From positions 5,146-69,145 of the IMG/VR virus record IMGVR_UViG_3300048586_000179: 64,000 bases of DNA; one strand, written 5' to 3'. Position numbers and translations under genes: made by a program. Within the stretch, counting starts at the first letter, position 1; the number at the start of each line of letters is the position of its first letter. Origin of the DNA: a virus. Shown here piece by piece: positions 37,001 through 45,748 of this stretch. The notes below the pieces were generated by a model, which was not told the DNA's origin, did no database searches, and saw only the letters and a program-made list of their open reading frames with translations.

Positions 37001-39379
37001 GCCCCTGGCACGATGGGTCTTTACGACATCTTCAAGCTGGCCGGCGGCGAGGGGGCTGACCGTGGCCAGCGTCTGCAGGACTGGATGCAGTGGATGGTCG
37101 CCCGCCGGGCGCAGGACCTCGCGGCCCGCGGGATCAAGACGCCCCTTACGCCCCAGGACATCCAGCAGGCACTGGCCAAGGGCGCGAATATCCCGGAGTT
37201 CCAGCAGGCAGCGGATGCCTGGAAGAAGTTCAACGACGCCAACCTCGACTTCCTCGAGCAGTCGGGGCGGATCAACGCGGCCCAGAAGGCAGCGATGCAG
37301 GCTGATGACTTCTACGTCCCCTTCTACCGGGCAGACGAGCGCGTCGATGGCACCTCGCCGGAGCTGGAGCTGCCCGAGTATCGCGCGGGAACGGTGAAGA
37401 CGGGCGTCCTGTCGCGAGACCCGGGGATCATGAAGATCAAGGGTGGCGACAAGCTCAGGATCGACAACCTGATGCAGAACATGATCCGCAACAGCCAGGC
37501 CATGGTGGCCGCAGGCATGCGGAACAGGGCCGCCAACCAGACCTTCGACCTGATGAAGGTCGCGGGGATGGCCCGGGTCGAGCCGCTGACGACCAAGAAG
37601 CCTGATCCGAACGCGGTGCGTGTCTGGCAGAATGGCGTCGAGAGTTGGCTGGTTCCCGAGGGGCGTGAGGCTTATCCGGTGATGATGGCCTTGGCTGGCA
37701 TGCAGCCGGTCCAGCAGGGCCCGGCGATGCAGTTCATGACGGACCTTGCCAACATCTTCCGTCAGGGCATCACGCTCACCCCGCCCTTCATGATCCGCAA
37801 CGCCATTCGTGGTGCTGTCTCGTCGGGTATCATGACGACTGGGGCCAACCTCACCCTGACCAACAACACCATCACCGGCTTCCGGGATGCCTATAACAAC
37901 GGGCAGGCCACCCAGGCCTTCAAGGCGCAGTCCGGGATGGGCGATTATCGGTTCGGTGGCACCGACACCGGCTTCGGCAAGAACGACATCCTGATCGAGT
38001 TCGGCCTCTCGCCGAAGACGATGGGGTCGCGCTTCCGGAAGTTCATGGAGAAGATGGAGCATGTCGGCTCGGCCACCGAACTGGCCGACCGCATCGCGGC
38101 CCGTGAGACCATGATCGCCAACGGTATGCGGCCCGACGAGGCTTCTTACCAGGCCCTGACCATCATGAACTACAGCCGCAAGGGCAACAGCCAGGCGCTG
38201 CGCGCCTGGTTGCCGCTCGTGCCGTTCCTGAACGCGCGCCTGCAGGGCCTCTCGCGACTGGCCGAGGGCGCCGTGGGGCGGCGCGGGGCGCTCGGGCGCA
38301 GGCAGGCGCTGATGCAGATGGGGCTGAACGGCCTCATCTACTCGGCCTTCGGTGCTGCGGTCTGGCTCTGGAACGCCTCGGATGAGGAGCGGCGCGAGAA
38401 GTATGCACAGGAGCCGCTGTACCGGCGCCTGAACTTCCACATCGTCTACGTGGGCGACACCACCCTCTACATCCCGAAGGCCTTCGAGTTGGGGCACCTC
38501 TTTACCTCGATCCCCGAGCTCTTTGCTGACGCGATGGTTGGCGACATGAACGAGGGTGGCGCTGAAGGTCTCGCGATGGTCGGCTCCGGCATCTTCAAGA
38601 TCGCCTACGACACCGTCGCCATGAACCTGATCCCCGCGGCGGTCCTGCCGAGTATCGAGGCCATGACGAACTTCAGCTTCTTCCGTCAGGCCGAGATCGA
38701 AGGGCAGCGCGAGCAGGACATGCTGCCGGCGGACAGGACGGCCGGTGCCTCCATGCTGTCGCGCCTGGTCGGGCGGGACATGGGTATCTCAGATCTGACC
38801 GGTATCTCGCCCACGATGATCGAGCACTGGCTGTCGAGCCACGGCGGGATCTATTACACCATGCTCAGCACGGCAGTGGAGATCGCAGCGGGTGATATGG
38901 GGCTTGCCCCGGTCCGGCCGGGCGGAGCCTTTGGCGACGTGCCGGTGATCTCGCCTGCGTTGACGGCGGCCTTCGGGTCGATGGTCAGGGATACCAACGT
39001 GGCGTCGACGCGGTTCATCGAGGAATACTACCGGACGAAGAACTACGTCACCCAGATCTACCGTTCAGCCGCTAACGCCGCGCGCGGCGGGGATGTCGAG
39101 TACGCCCGCCGCCTGCTGTCGGAGTTTGGCGGTGCGCCGGCAGCCTACAAGCTGATGAACCGGGCCGGTACGGAGCTGACGGACATCAACACGGCACTCA
39201 GGATGCTGCGGGACAACAGGGAAATGAGCCGCGAGCGCAAGCGCGCCGAGGAGGAGAAGCTGATCGCCCGGCGCAACGCGATCACCCGTGAGGTCGTGAA
39301 CACGATCAGGGCTATCGAGGAGAAACAGGGCACCGACTTCCGCAGTGGTCAGGGGGTATTGGCCAGGATCCTGCCGTGA
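31094..39379 (+). CDS. giant virion polyvalent protein: JAB-like domain + T7-type RNA polymerase + LPD38-like C-terminus
   Basis: DDRGRIY, VDNSASGWQ (motif A), RDGIKPAIIAMNYG (motif B), ANLVQSYDA, NHDSF (motif C); THTH...FSSAD; YIPKAFELG. Confidence 0.85.
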   Translation: MVDQAGLSFGPSTSAGVGLNEPAPPLTMQDRVREVMRLRQQGYSLDEARRAVGGADAVTAPPPPSQPTPDPGGMSRLGLMVPGALSYASDVVSGAGTIIENLTGIDGIDEGSRALGDAIGPSEMQEATRDERYAERARRAEAGEISATEHFIGDALDATAESAPAFVGGLAGAKGGQLVGRAGYAALSPAARAIGLDKVGAVAGKALTAVVPGAKKLKGMKPLLEKGFATLGAFAVPTAAYLESGRDRAIKEGLDVADPEVQDRIATQAVARGALESLPILSIFGRLTNRAAQVEGRVAAAFKVGGKSALFEGTQEVADLALEELYLNDELRSRLNQDDWAEIMPFLVDRFGRDAALAMVAGGGVGAAVGVPSGFTQQAVTNQQAAQEVRMAAQVLEPMGMGTQELEELSRTPEGAAKLREAVQRISLVERARSTQMREIDRRAEEGAEEEVAMLREQVNNQLDARIDKIAAFLGAPKSLEDVRRERSAMEKDRKRRAMDRIAERGFKPQADLTAEVAEQVANRLDTAEGQVDRLRSRVEATANPERKAEAQRELDEALAERQQARIDARMKVEGLTPAQALKAVEGEDRQTDAQRRRQAQSAARERAVERQMEIEMPETMAPALRVQRAQEIIAEAEADERPDAGLDGKIKRLERQRRAATSPEDVDRLTDEIADLEARRGLPTPAVEAARRVLQAQGVAVPPSGEASGPTAQSAEAEGLQPEGTASGPVGAAAPAGPRNALDTPTLAAREAKAIREASTPEAQLAAFDAALSDRRVVDPVKLEEARTTFEVESFAGGDPVAAAEAALATVVATDREAGRRAMAAKTYKRAPRAEGFDIEGGNPFRDLSGEIETGKGLAALEASMSEWSAKSGFEAAAHVDEATGEVLGVVTNDMVNAIMPPKAGLNDRRITFTHTHTANTPFSSADVRAALMSGQPFRAVLPDGSVIAMRPTRRYNPDGFYKVFRAVREYLADKLPSDMPFVDRAVIRQEAFLQAMEMAGAIEYRSPFRGLTDQQKDYVNAAVDATAAVSATAFVRDGAPGRAGTAEAGGPGGQAGERRAVDEAVGEEEPDADDFDAEGVDFEQGVIGYLDPRSSQRQKRPSYNEGRVAEIADKIIADVTAQRAKRTIAADMIREGRVTREQLIAGIGEYLKSDGRKQMYTVTDVRRAMFTTPITFDMLYQRAEGRTNRATKAGTKLWSVKPEYLPEFQLALDLERLINNAGMGGIRRIENKFAAGGGFGEGKTYFLEISPELRRFTELIGPEGMRFDPPMADPNNTRQLKRNRNSNRLSREGLDVAARTARYLQANRYKIDRDKLYAIEPDDLISGKSLARDGIKRSDIAKWDAMRPAIAGVSLKTMPKDQAYFVKNIGWKIDEKRRDAASRIRQLRTAYETFVAEHGADADVGFMYQIDDRGRIYADGSFHPQADGDIKALFSVDGKNIVDDMVTVDNSASGWQINALMAYDHVAAPHLNMGRGQATQEGYRKSDLYTNTLEAMRQRLLRDAEAEIPAGLGVRERAKAEKRKRWARYFVDTIFPSADPKSWKLDRDGIKPAIIAMNYGGLDKNFRRVLQKVLKNDIRLPDGDNEGAWSYLTEAGMEGVEKTAPHALALQKWTVANVAALSRALYAKYGEATPTIDVTIGIDGKISVKRQKRVETETRIKQLANEVTVKFKVNKPEPDHDKVAKAVWANLVQSYDAAVLHRTVERYKRATDGAYITTNHDSFTVPREQEGAISSAVRESMRTIMEQVDVPQSLYEELTAIARREGVEVDIQPFDNLGRYSYDDLMTSTPVFGEDVLKVDERGKPYDFVPEYAELPEAGAELRRAIDDEVPVGGGSTPTTGSPPASVPVQGQGASRIEDLAPEVRRAVDVADYMASLPESRSLLQKVQEMAASPKVANRTLMQIMEDTFFNAAAPIRRLEIAVKGALPQGAESAFKAVEMAVQDSGRQEALLYYGAARFGQYGEYSVAPGTMGLYDIFKLAGGEGADRGQRLQDWMQWMVARRAQDLAARGIKTPLTPQDIQQALAKGANIPEFQQAADAWKKFNDANLDFLEQSGRINAAQKAAMQADDFYVPFYRADERVDGTSPELELPEYRAGTVKTGVLSRDPGIMKIKGGDKLRIDNLMQNMIRNSQAMVAAGMRNRAANQTFDLMKVAGMARVEPLTTKKPDPNAVRVWQNGVESWLVPEGREAYPVMMALAGMQPVQQGPAMQFMTDLANIFRQGITLTPPFMIRNAIRGAVSSGIMTTGANLTLTNNTITGFRDAYNNGQATQAFKAQSGMGDYRFGGTDTGFGKNDILIEFGLSPKTMGSRFRKFMEKMEHVGSATELADRIAARETMIANGMRPDEASYQALTIMNYSRKGNSQALRAWLPLVPFLNARLQGLSRLAEGAVGRRGALGRRQALMQMGLNGLIYSAFGAAVWLWNASDEERREKYAQEPLYRRLNFHIVYVGDTTLYIPKAFELGHLFTSIPELFADAMVGDMNEGGAEGLAMVGSGIFKIAYDTVAMNLIPAAVLPSIEAMTNFSFFRQAEIEGQREQDMLPADRTAGASMLSRLVGRDMGISDLTGISPTMIEHWLSSHGGIYYTMLSTAVEIAAGDMGLAPVRPGGAFGDVPVISPALTAAFGSMVRDTNVASTRFIEEYYRTKNYVTQIYRSAANAARGGDVEYARRLLSEFGGAPAAYKLMNRAGTELTDINTALRMLRDNREMSRERKRAEEEKLIARRNAITREVVNTIRAIEEKQGTDFRSGQGVLARILP

Positions 39380-40326
39380 GACCGATCCTCTCCGGTGAAA
39401 TTGCCGAGATCAGGCGGCTTATTGACAAGCAGCGGCTGGCGAACTTCGACATCCTCAGCCGGATCGAGCGCATCCCGGCACCGCTCGAATTCGGTGAGGC
39501 GGTCCTCGGCAACAGGTTTGACGCCTGGCAGCGCCGGTACATGGAGGAGTGCCGGGCGCGCGGCCGGATCGCGCTGGCTGCCTGCCGTCAGTCTGGCAAA
39601 TCGACCGTCACCGCCATGTTCGTGGCCTGGTGTCTTATCTTCATCCCGGGCTTCCAGTGCCTTGTAGCCTCTCGCTCCCTACGCCAGGCCTCTCACTACC
39701 TGAACAGCGTCCGCAACGCGGTTCTCTCGGTCATTCCCCGTGAGGCCATGCCGCAACTGAACCGACTGAGCATGGAGCTTCCGAACGGGAGCCAGATCAT
39801 CTCGATCCCCTGCGCCCAGCCGGACGCGGGCCGGGGCTTCTCGCCGCACCTGATCATCCTGGACGAGGCCGCGTTCGCGCCGGAGGCGCTCTTTCGGGCC
39901 ATTACGCCTTCGCTGGCGGCGACGGATGGTGCGCTGCACATGCTGTCCTCGCCGAACGGGCGGCAGGGGTACTTCTTCGAGGCCTTCGAGGGTGAGGCCA
40001 AGAGCGTCTTCCTGTCGATGAAGGTGCCTTACACGATGTGCCCCCGGATCTCCGAAGAGACCATCAGGAACGAAAAGATCGCGCTGGGCGACCTTTACTT
40101 CCGGCAGGAATACGGGGCCGAGTTCATCACGCCCTACGGGGCCTTCTTCGGCTTCTCGGCGATCCAGAACCTTGAGGAGGGCGAGGATCCCGATCTGACC
40201 GACCTCGAACTGCTGGACATGGACAAGATCCTCGAGAAGATCATGCCGATCCCGGAGCCACGGAAAGAGGACCTTGCCGTCGCGCTGGACCGGGCTGAGC
40301 GTGTGAAGCAGGTGCTTTATGAATGA
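39376..40326 (+). CDS. terminase large subunit, ATPase half
   Basis: ACRQSGKST Walker A, IILDEAAF Walker B, LSSPNG, FRQEYGAEF. Confidence 0.85.
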   Translation: MRPILSGEIAEIRRLIDKQRLANFDILSRIERIPAPLEFGEAVLGNRFDAWQRRYMEECRARGRIALAACRQSGKSTVTAMFVAWCLIFIPGFQCLVASRSLRQASHYLNSVRNAVLSVIPREAMPQLNRLSMELPNGSQIISIPCAQPDAGRGFSPHLIILDEAAFAPEALFRAITPSLAATDGALHMLSSPNGRQGYFFEAFEGEAKSVFLSMKVPYTMCPRISEETIRNEKIALGDLYFRQEYGAEFITPYGAFFGFSAIQNLEEGEDPDLTDLELLDMDKILEKIMPIPEPRKEDLAVALDRAERVKQVLYE

Positions 40327-41038
40327 GGTTCCGCAGTTCAACCGCATCCTCGACTGGAAGAAGCGCGGCTATCACCTGAGGACGCCGCCGCTGGTCCTTG
40401 TCGGTTACGACCCGGCCGGTGACGGCCGGGACCGCGACGCCCTGACGCTCACCGCGCGGGAGGAGCACCAGAAGGGTGAGCCGCACGATCCTGACTTCTC
40501 GGTGATGATGCTCTACCGCTGCCTCATGGCGCACCAGATGCCGCCCGATCTGGAGTTCCCTGACAAGCTGGCCATGCTCCTGCGCCTGCATCGGCAACTG
40601 AACCAGTGGCGGAAGGTCGGGCGCGCGGCCAACCACGTCTTCACAGTTGAGACGAACGGGGTTGGTTATGCGATGGGGTCGGCGCTCCGGTCGAATATCG
40701 GGCAGAACGTGGTCTGCTACACGACCGTCGGCAACGCCAGTGCCGATCCCTATACCGACAAGAAGCTGGCGATGCCGCGGCTGGCGGCCTTGGACAACCT
40801 GCGTGTTCTCGCGGAGACCCATTCCCTGAAACTGGCCAAGGACGCGCCGGGGCGCGACGAGCTGACCCGGCAGATGGCGTCTTTCGTCTGGCGCAGGCCG
40901 GGTCGGCCGGAGGCGATCGAGGGGCAGCACGACGACCTCGTTCTTTCGCTGGCCGGGGCCTGCTGGATCGGCTGCAAGGTCATTCCACCCCTCCTGAAGC
41001 AGGTTCCGGTGCGCGTGACCGGGATCCGGAGGCACTAA
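40319..41038 (+). CDS. terminase large subunit, RNase H-like nuclease half
   Basis: VGYDPAGDGRD, ETNGVG, HDDLVLSLA. Confidence 0.8.
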   Translation: MNEVPQFNRILDWKKRGYHLRTPPLVLVGYDPAGDGRDRDALTLTAREEHQKGEPHDPDFSVMMLYRCLMAHQMPPDLEFPDKLAMLLRLHRQLNQWRKVGRAANHVFTVETNGVGYAMGSALRSNIGQNVVCYTTVGNASADPYTDKKLAMPRLAALDNLRVLAETHSLKLAKDAPGRDELTRQMASFVWRRPGRPEAIEGQHDDLVLSLAGACWIGCKVIPPLLKQVPVRVTGIRRH

Positions 41039-41103
41039 AGTGCTGGGCCTAGCGAAAATCAGTGACTTCCGTATGATGGGGCAACCAGCGACAGGAGCGG
41101 CGC

Positions 41104-43527
41104 ATGGCTGATGGTGATCTGATCTTCACGCGGGACGAGGACGGAGTGACCTTCGGACCTCCGGCGCCGCCGCCCGCGCCCGAGGCCGTTCCGCACTCGG
41201 CCAACCTCGCAACCATGATCCAGCAGACCTCGCTCGATGCGATTGCCGAGACGTTGACCGAGACCGTGGCCTTCGACCAGGACGGCTTGTCGCCCTGGGA
41301 GGAGATCGCAACGGACGTCATGGATCACCTGGGTGTCGGCCCGGATGCCGAGCCGGATGATGGTTCTGACGAAACCTCCGACACGTCGAGCCACACGCTG
41401 ATGCTGACCGCGCTCCTGCGCTTCCAGGCCAAGGCGCTGTCGGTCATGCTGCCCTCCGATGACATGGCGATCCGCACCAAGCCCGCCTTCGACCTGACCC
41501 AGATCGAGGACGAGGCCCAGCGGGACGAGATGACCGAGAAGATCTCGGCGGCCGAGCGGCGGGTGCAGCAGTTCTACACCGATTACCTCTTCCACAAGCT
41601 TCCATCCTACGAGGAAGATACCGACCAGATCCTGCACGACATGGGGCTGATGGGTGTCGGCCTTCGCAAGATCGTGGTGGACCGATCGCGCACGGCGACG
41701 CCGGTCATGCCGGAGTATGTCGCGCTCGGGGACCTGATCGTTTCCTATTCCAGCCGCAACTTCCGGATGGGGCGCTATGCCCACAAGATGGACATGCCCA
41801 CGGGAGACCTGATCCGCCGGATCCAGACCGGGGTCTACCGACCGATCAAGCTGGTCGACCAGGACACGCCGGACAGCACGGCGCTCTCGGATGCGCGCGA
41901 CAAGGTCTATGGCCTCGTGCCTGCCAACCTGATGAACAGCGAGACGCACCGGATCTACGAGGTCTATACCCACCTCTACCTCGCGGCCGACCAGCACCCT
42001 CTGCTGCTCCCCCGCCCCTACATCGTGACGATCCACTCCGCGAGCCGGGAAATCCTTGCGATCCAACGCAACTGGGACGCCGCCGATCCCGACGAGACAC
42101 CACTGGAGCACTTCGTCGGCTACATCTACCACCCGGGCAAGAACGCGGTGACAGGTCTCGGCCTCGGCCAGATCCTCCTGCAGACCACCAAGGCGCTGCG
42201 GAAGGCCCAGCGCCGCACGCTCGAAGCGGGCTACCTGCAGAACCACCCCTCCGGGTTCAAGCTCTCGAACCTGTCGATCCGGAATGGCGACACGAAGGTG
42301 CGCCCGGGTGAATTCGTCGACGTGGACAGCCCGACCGGGGATATCCGCGCCGCGCTGATGATGCACCCGTTCCAGGGGCCATCGCAGGGACTGATGGCCC
42401 TGGCGCAGACGCTGGAAGCCAACGGGCGCGAGCTGGGCGGCATCGCCTCCATCGACTTCGCCAGCTTGATGAAGGCCGGCGTTGCCGCCGGCCCCGCCAT
42501 GGCCGCTTTCGAGGAGAGCACCGAGTTCCAGACCTCCGTTCACCGCCGCCTTTACAAGGCGCACCGCAAGGAACTGGAGATCATCCATGACCGGATGCGG
42601 TTGGTGGTGGGGAACAAGCCTGTCCTCTTCGGCACGGACCAGACCCTTCAGCCGGGCGACCTCACGGCTGTCGACATCCTGCCTTACATGCAGCCCGGGC
42701 AGGCCTCGCGGCAGAAGGTCATCATGGAGGCGCAGGCGATCTGGGATCTGGCCAAGGACAACCCGGACCTCCTGAACAAGCGCCGCGCCGCGGAGAACTT
42801 CATCCGCGCATTGGGATCGCCCGATGCGGATCGGCTTGTCATTCCCGACCCCGAGGAAGAGGAAGTCCTGCCAGCCGATCCGATCACCGAGTACACCATG
42901 ATCCTGGGCGGTCGCCCGGTGAAGGCTGGGCCGATGCAGAACCATCAGGCCCACATCGACGCCCATGGCGCGCAGATGCGGATGGTCCAGACCTCCTCAC
43001 TGCCGGTCGAGCAGGGTGAGGCGGTCATGGCGAGCCTGGCGGCCCACATCGCTGAGCACATGGGCTTGCAGCTCATGGTCGAGGCTGCGGGCATGATCGG
43101 CATCAGCCTGGACAAGATTGGCCCCGACATGGCGCCGGAGATCGAGGCGCAGCTCGCCCCCATGCTGGCGCAAGCCGTCATGCAGATCGAGGCCGCCCGG
43201 CGGCCGCCGGATCCGGAGGAGGCCCGCATCGAGACCGCCCGGGTGGTGGGGCAGAGCCGGATCGAGGCGACCCGCGTGGCGGCCGAAGGCCGCCTTGCGT
43301 TGGCCGACATGCAGGCTCGGCATCAGCAGGAACTGGAAGACCTCAAGGCCAAGCACGCCAAGGACCTTCAGGACATCAAGGACAGCGCAGCACTCGATCG
43401 CGAGATCGAGGACAACACGACCGCGCTCACCATCGCCAAGCTCAAAGGCTCAGGCAAGACCGCCGAGGCCCCGGCTGGCGCCGGGGCTGGCGCGGGCGCC
43501 AGGGCCAAGTCCGGAGCGAATGCCTGA
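41104..43527 (+). CDS. portal protein
   Basis: 807 aa after terminase; RFQA, GLGL, GFK, PGEFVDVD, HQAHI motifs. Confidence 0.8.
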   Translation: MADGDLIFTRDEDGVTFGPPAPPPAPEAVPHSANLATMIQQTSLDAIAETLTETVAFDQDGLSPWEEIATDVMDHLGVGPDAEPDDGSDETSDTSSHTLMLTALLRFQAKALSVMLPSDDMAIRTKPAFDLTQIEDEAQRDEMTEKISAAERRVQQFYTDYLFHKLPSYEEDTDQILHDMGLMGVGLRKIVVDRSRTATPVMPEYVALGDLIVSYSSRNFRMGRYAHKMDMPTGDLIRRIQTGVYRPIKLVDQDTPDSTALSDARDKVYGLVPANLMNSETHRIYEVYTHLYLAADQHPLLLPRPYIVTIHSASREILAIQRNWDAADPDETPLEHFVGYIYHPGKNAVTGLGLGQILLQTTKALRKAQRRTLEAGYLQNHPSGFKLSNLSIRNGDTKVRPGEFVDVDSPTGDIRAALMMHPFQGPSQGLMALAQTLEANGRELGGIASIDFASLMKAGVAAGPAMAAFEESTEFQTSVHRRLYKAHRKELEIIHDRMRLVVGNKPVLFGTDQTLQPGDLTAVDILPYMQPGQASRQKVIMEAQAIWDLAKDNPDLLNKRRAAENFIRALGSPDADRLVIPDPEEEEVLPADPITEYTMILGGRPVKAGPMQNHQAHIDAHGAQMRMVQTSSLPVEQGEAVMASLAAHIAEHMGLQLMVEAAGMIGISLDKIGPDMAPEIEAQLAPMLAQAVMQIEAARRPPDPEEARIETARVVGQSRIEATRVAAEGRLALADMQARHQQELEDLKAKHAKDLQDIKDSAALDREIEDNTTALTIAKLKGSGKTAEAPAGAGAGAGARAKSGANA

Positions 43528-43736
43528 TGGCCGGCCTTCTCAATCCAGCTGTCGAGGCCAGCGTCTGCCGTGAGATGATCCAGAAGATCTCGCAGCAGCT
43601 CGAGCAGGTCGAGCGGCAGCTGACCCACACCCCTCTCGACATGAATGCCTACCACACCACCTTCGGTCGCGCGGCGGCGCTGCGCGCCGCGCTGGCCGAT
43701 CTGACGACCATCTACAACCAGAACTTCAACGTCTAA
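43527..43736 (+). CDS. hypothetical head-module protein
   Basis: 69 aa between portal and GroES-like gene. Confidence 0.6.
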   Translation: MAGLLNPAVEASVCREMIQKISQQLEQVERQLTHTPLDMNAYHTTFGRAAALRAALADLTTIYNQNFNV

Positions 43737-43747
43737 CCGGAGCACCT

Positions 43748-44278
43748 ATGACCAACCTGATCCTTCCCAAGGCAACGGCGCAGGCCCTCAGGGCCGAACG
43801 CCATGTCGCCGACAGCATCCAGCGGAGCTCGATCAACCAGCTTACCTCCGACGATTTCGTCACCGAGAAAGAGGTCGAGCGGCAACTGGCCGAGCTGGCC
43901 GATTACATCGCCGACCGGCGCGCAGTCGAACCGAACTACTGCCTGCCGCACCCGGCTGGCTGGCGGGTTTCGGTCCTCATGCTCACGGTGCCGGAGGTGA
44001 CGGATGGTGGCGTCCACATCGTGGACGAGATGCGCGAGGCGCGCGGCATGGCTTCACCACAGGGGGTTGTGCTGGCCCTTGGCGCGTCGGCCTTCCAGGA
44101 CAGGAGCCGCTTCACCATCAACGGCGAGCTTGTTCCCTGGCTGAAGGTCGGGGATCGGGTGATCTGGAAGAAGTATGACGTGACGACCTTCCAGATCGCG
44201 AATGGCCAGCGCCTCGGGTTCATGAACGATACCCAGGCGGTGGCGACCATCGATAGCGGCTGGGCCATCCCAGCATAA
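43748..44278 (+). CDS. GroES-like co-chaperonin
   Basis: PAGWRV...TDGGVHI...GVVLALG...KVGDRVIWKKY. Confidence 0.75.
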   Translation: MTNLILPKATAQALRAERHVADSIQRSSINQLTSDDFVTEKEVERQLAELADYIADRRAVEPNYCLPHPAGWRVSVLMLTVPEVTDGGVHIVDEMREARGMASPQGVVLALGASAFQDRSRFTINGELVPWLKVGDRVIWKKYDVTTFQIANGQRLGFMNDTQAVATIDSGWAIPA

Positions 44279-44293
44279 CCAGGAGCGCTTCCA

Positions 44294-45148
44294 ATGGCAG
44301 ACGAAGACGATTTCCACGACATCGGCGATGGTGGGGGGGGCGGCGACCCGCAGCAGCCCGTCCAGCAGCCGGCTGTCGACCTGTCCCCCATCGAGGACCG
44401 GCTGAACCGCATCACGCAGGCCATCACTGGCCTGACCCGGGACCAGGAGACGCGTGAGGTCCAGAGCCGGATCAACACGGTCGAGACGCAGCTCCGGCAA
44501 CGCATGACGCAAGCCGAGACGGCGGTGACGCTGGCTGAGCGCAAGGTTGCCCAAGCCTATGACAGTGGCGACGGCACCCAGATTGCCCGGGCCAACCGTG
44601 AGCTGACGGAGACCATCGCGAACCGCGAAAGCATCAAGGCCGACATCCGTGAGTTCGACCGCTACAAGAAGGATGCTGACCGTCAGCGGCCTGCGCCGCA
44701 GACCCAGCAGCAGCCTCAGGCGGGCGAGGAAGGGGCCAAGGACACCCGCAATCTTAACGACTGGAAAACTCGCAATTCTTCGTGGTATGGTGTCGACGCG
44801 GACATGACCAAGGCCGCCCACGAAGTCGACAAGTCCATTCGTGAGGCAGGCGTCATCCCCGTCGGCTCCCAGGAATATTTCAAGGCGATCGACAGACAGA
44901 TGGCGCAGAAGTACCCCGACAGGTTCAGGTCCACGCCCAATACGGCAGGTGCCGGTGACGGGCGCCAGCCTGCCCCGCAGCGCCAGACGGGTCGCATTCC
45001 GCAGTCGGTTCTGGATAGCTGGAGCCGCATGGGGATCGACGTCAATGACAACAAGACCCTCGAGCGGATGGTCCGCAACCAGCAGGCGCTGGTTGCCAAG
45101 GGCATCCTGCCGCAAGAGCGTCAGTACGGCCCGGTGATGACCCGATGA
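44294..45148 (+). CDS. capsid scaffolding protein
   Basis: Coiled coil, W..RN.WYG, position upstream of capsid. Confidence 0.65.
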   Translation: MADEDDFHDIGDGGGGGDPQQPVQQPAVDLSPIEDRLNRITQAITGLTRDQETREVQSRINTVETQLRQRMTQAETAVTLAERKVAQAYDSGDGTQIARANRELTETIANRESIKADIREFDRYKKDADRQRPAPQTQQQPQAGEEGAKDTRNLNDWKTRNSSWYGVDADMTKAAHEVDKSIREAGVIPVGSQEYFKAIDRQMAQKYPDRFRSTPNTAGAGDGRQPAPQRQTGRIPQSVLDSWSRMGIDVNDNKTLERMVRNQQALVAKGILPQERQYGPVMTR

Positions 45149-45738
45149 ACAAGCGCAGCACCCCAGATACCGAGGCTGGAATAGACGAGGGCGCGTCGAC
45201 CTTCGACGCGCGCTGGGCTGAATTGGAGGAGCGCGAGGCGCGCGTCGCCGCGCGGGAGCGTGAGGTCGAACTCAGCACCCGCAGCCGGGCGCTCGATGAC
45301 ACCAGGCGCTACGAGCGCCCCTCGATGGACTACTACGCCCCGCCGAACCAGCTTCGGACGCCGGAGGATCCGGAATACCATTTCCGCTGGATCGCCGAGT
45401 ATGTGAATGGCCAGCACATGCCGCGCAACGTGCAGACCCGCCTGCAGGAGGGTTACGTTCGCGTCCGCATGGACGAGCTGCCGGAGGACTTCCTCGTTGA
45501 CGAAGACCTGAAAGGGGACGGCTACGCGCGCACTGGCGGGCTGATCCTGATGCGTCTCCCCGTCTCCCGGAAGATGCAGCGTGATGCCTACTACCGCAAA
45601 CGGTCTCAGGAACGGGCGAATTCCGTCGATGAGCTCCAAGGGGTGGCTGGCCGCAACGCTGTCAGAGAAGACCGTGGAACGCGTTCCCTGACCGGGGCGG
45701 AGGCGGGCCGCGCCATTGCCACCATGAGCCAATCGTAA
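45145..45738 (+). CDS. conserved head-module protein
   Basis: YHFRWI...RLQEGY...GGLILMRLP. Confidence 0.65.
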   Translation: MNKRSTPDTEAGIDEGASTFDARWAELEEREARVAAREREVELSTRSRALDDTRRYERPSMDYYAPPNQLRTPEDPEYHFRWIAEYVNGQHMPRNVQTRLQEGYVRVRMDELPEDFLVDEDLKGDGYARTGGLILMRLPVSRKMQRDAYYRKRSQERANSVDELQGVAGRNAVREDRGTRSLTGAEAGRAIATMSQS

Positions 45739-45748
45739 GGAGACAGAG

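Noticed and set aside
31094-39379. Classifying the phage as N4-like or T7-like
   Set aside because: No separate early RNAP or N4 RNAPII genes seen; head and replication modules differ from both groups
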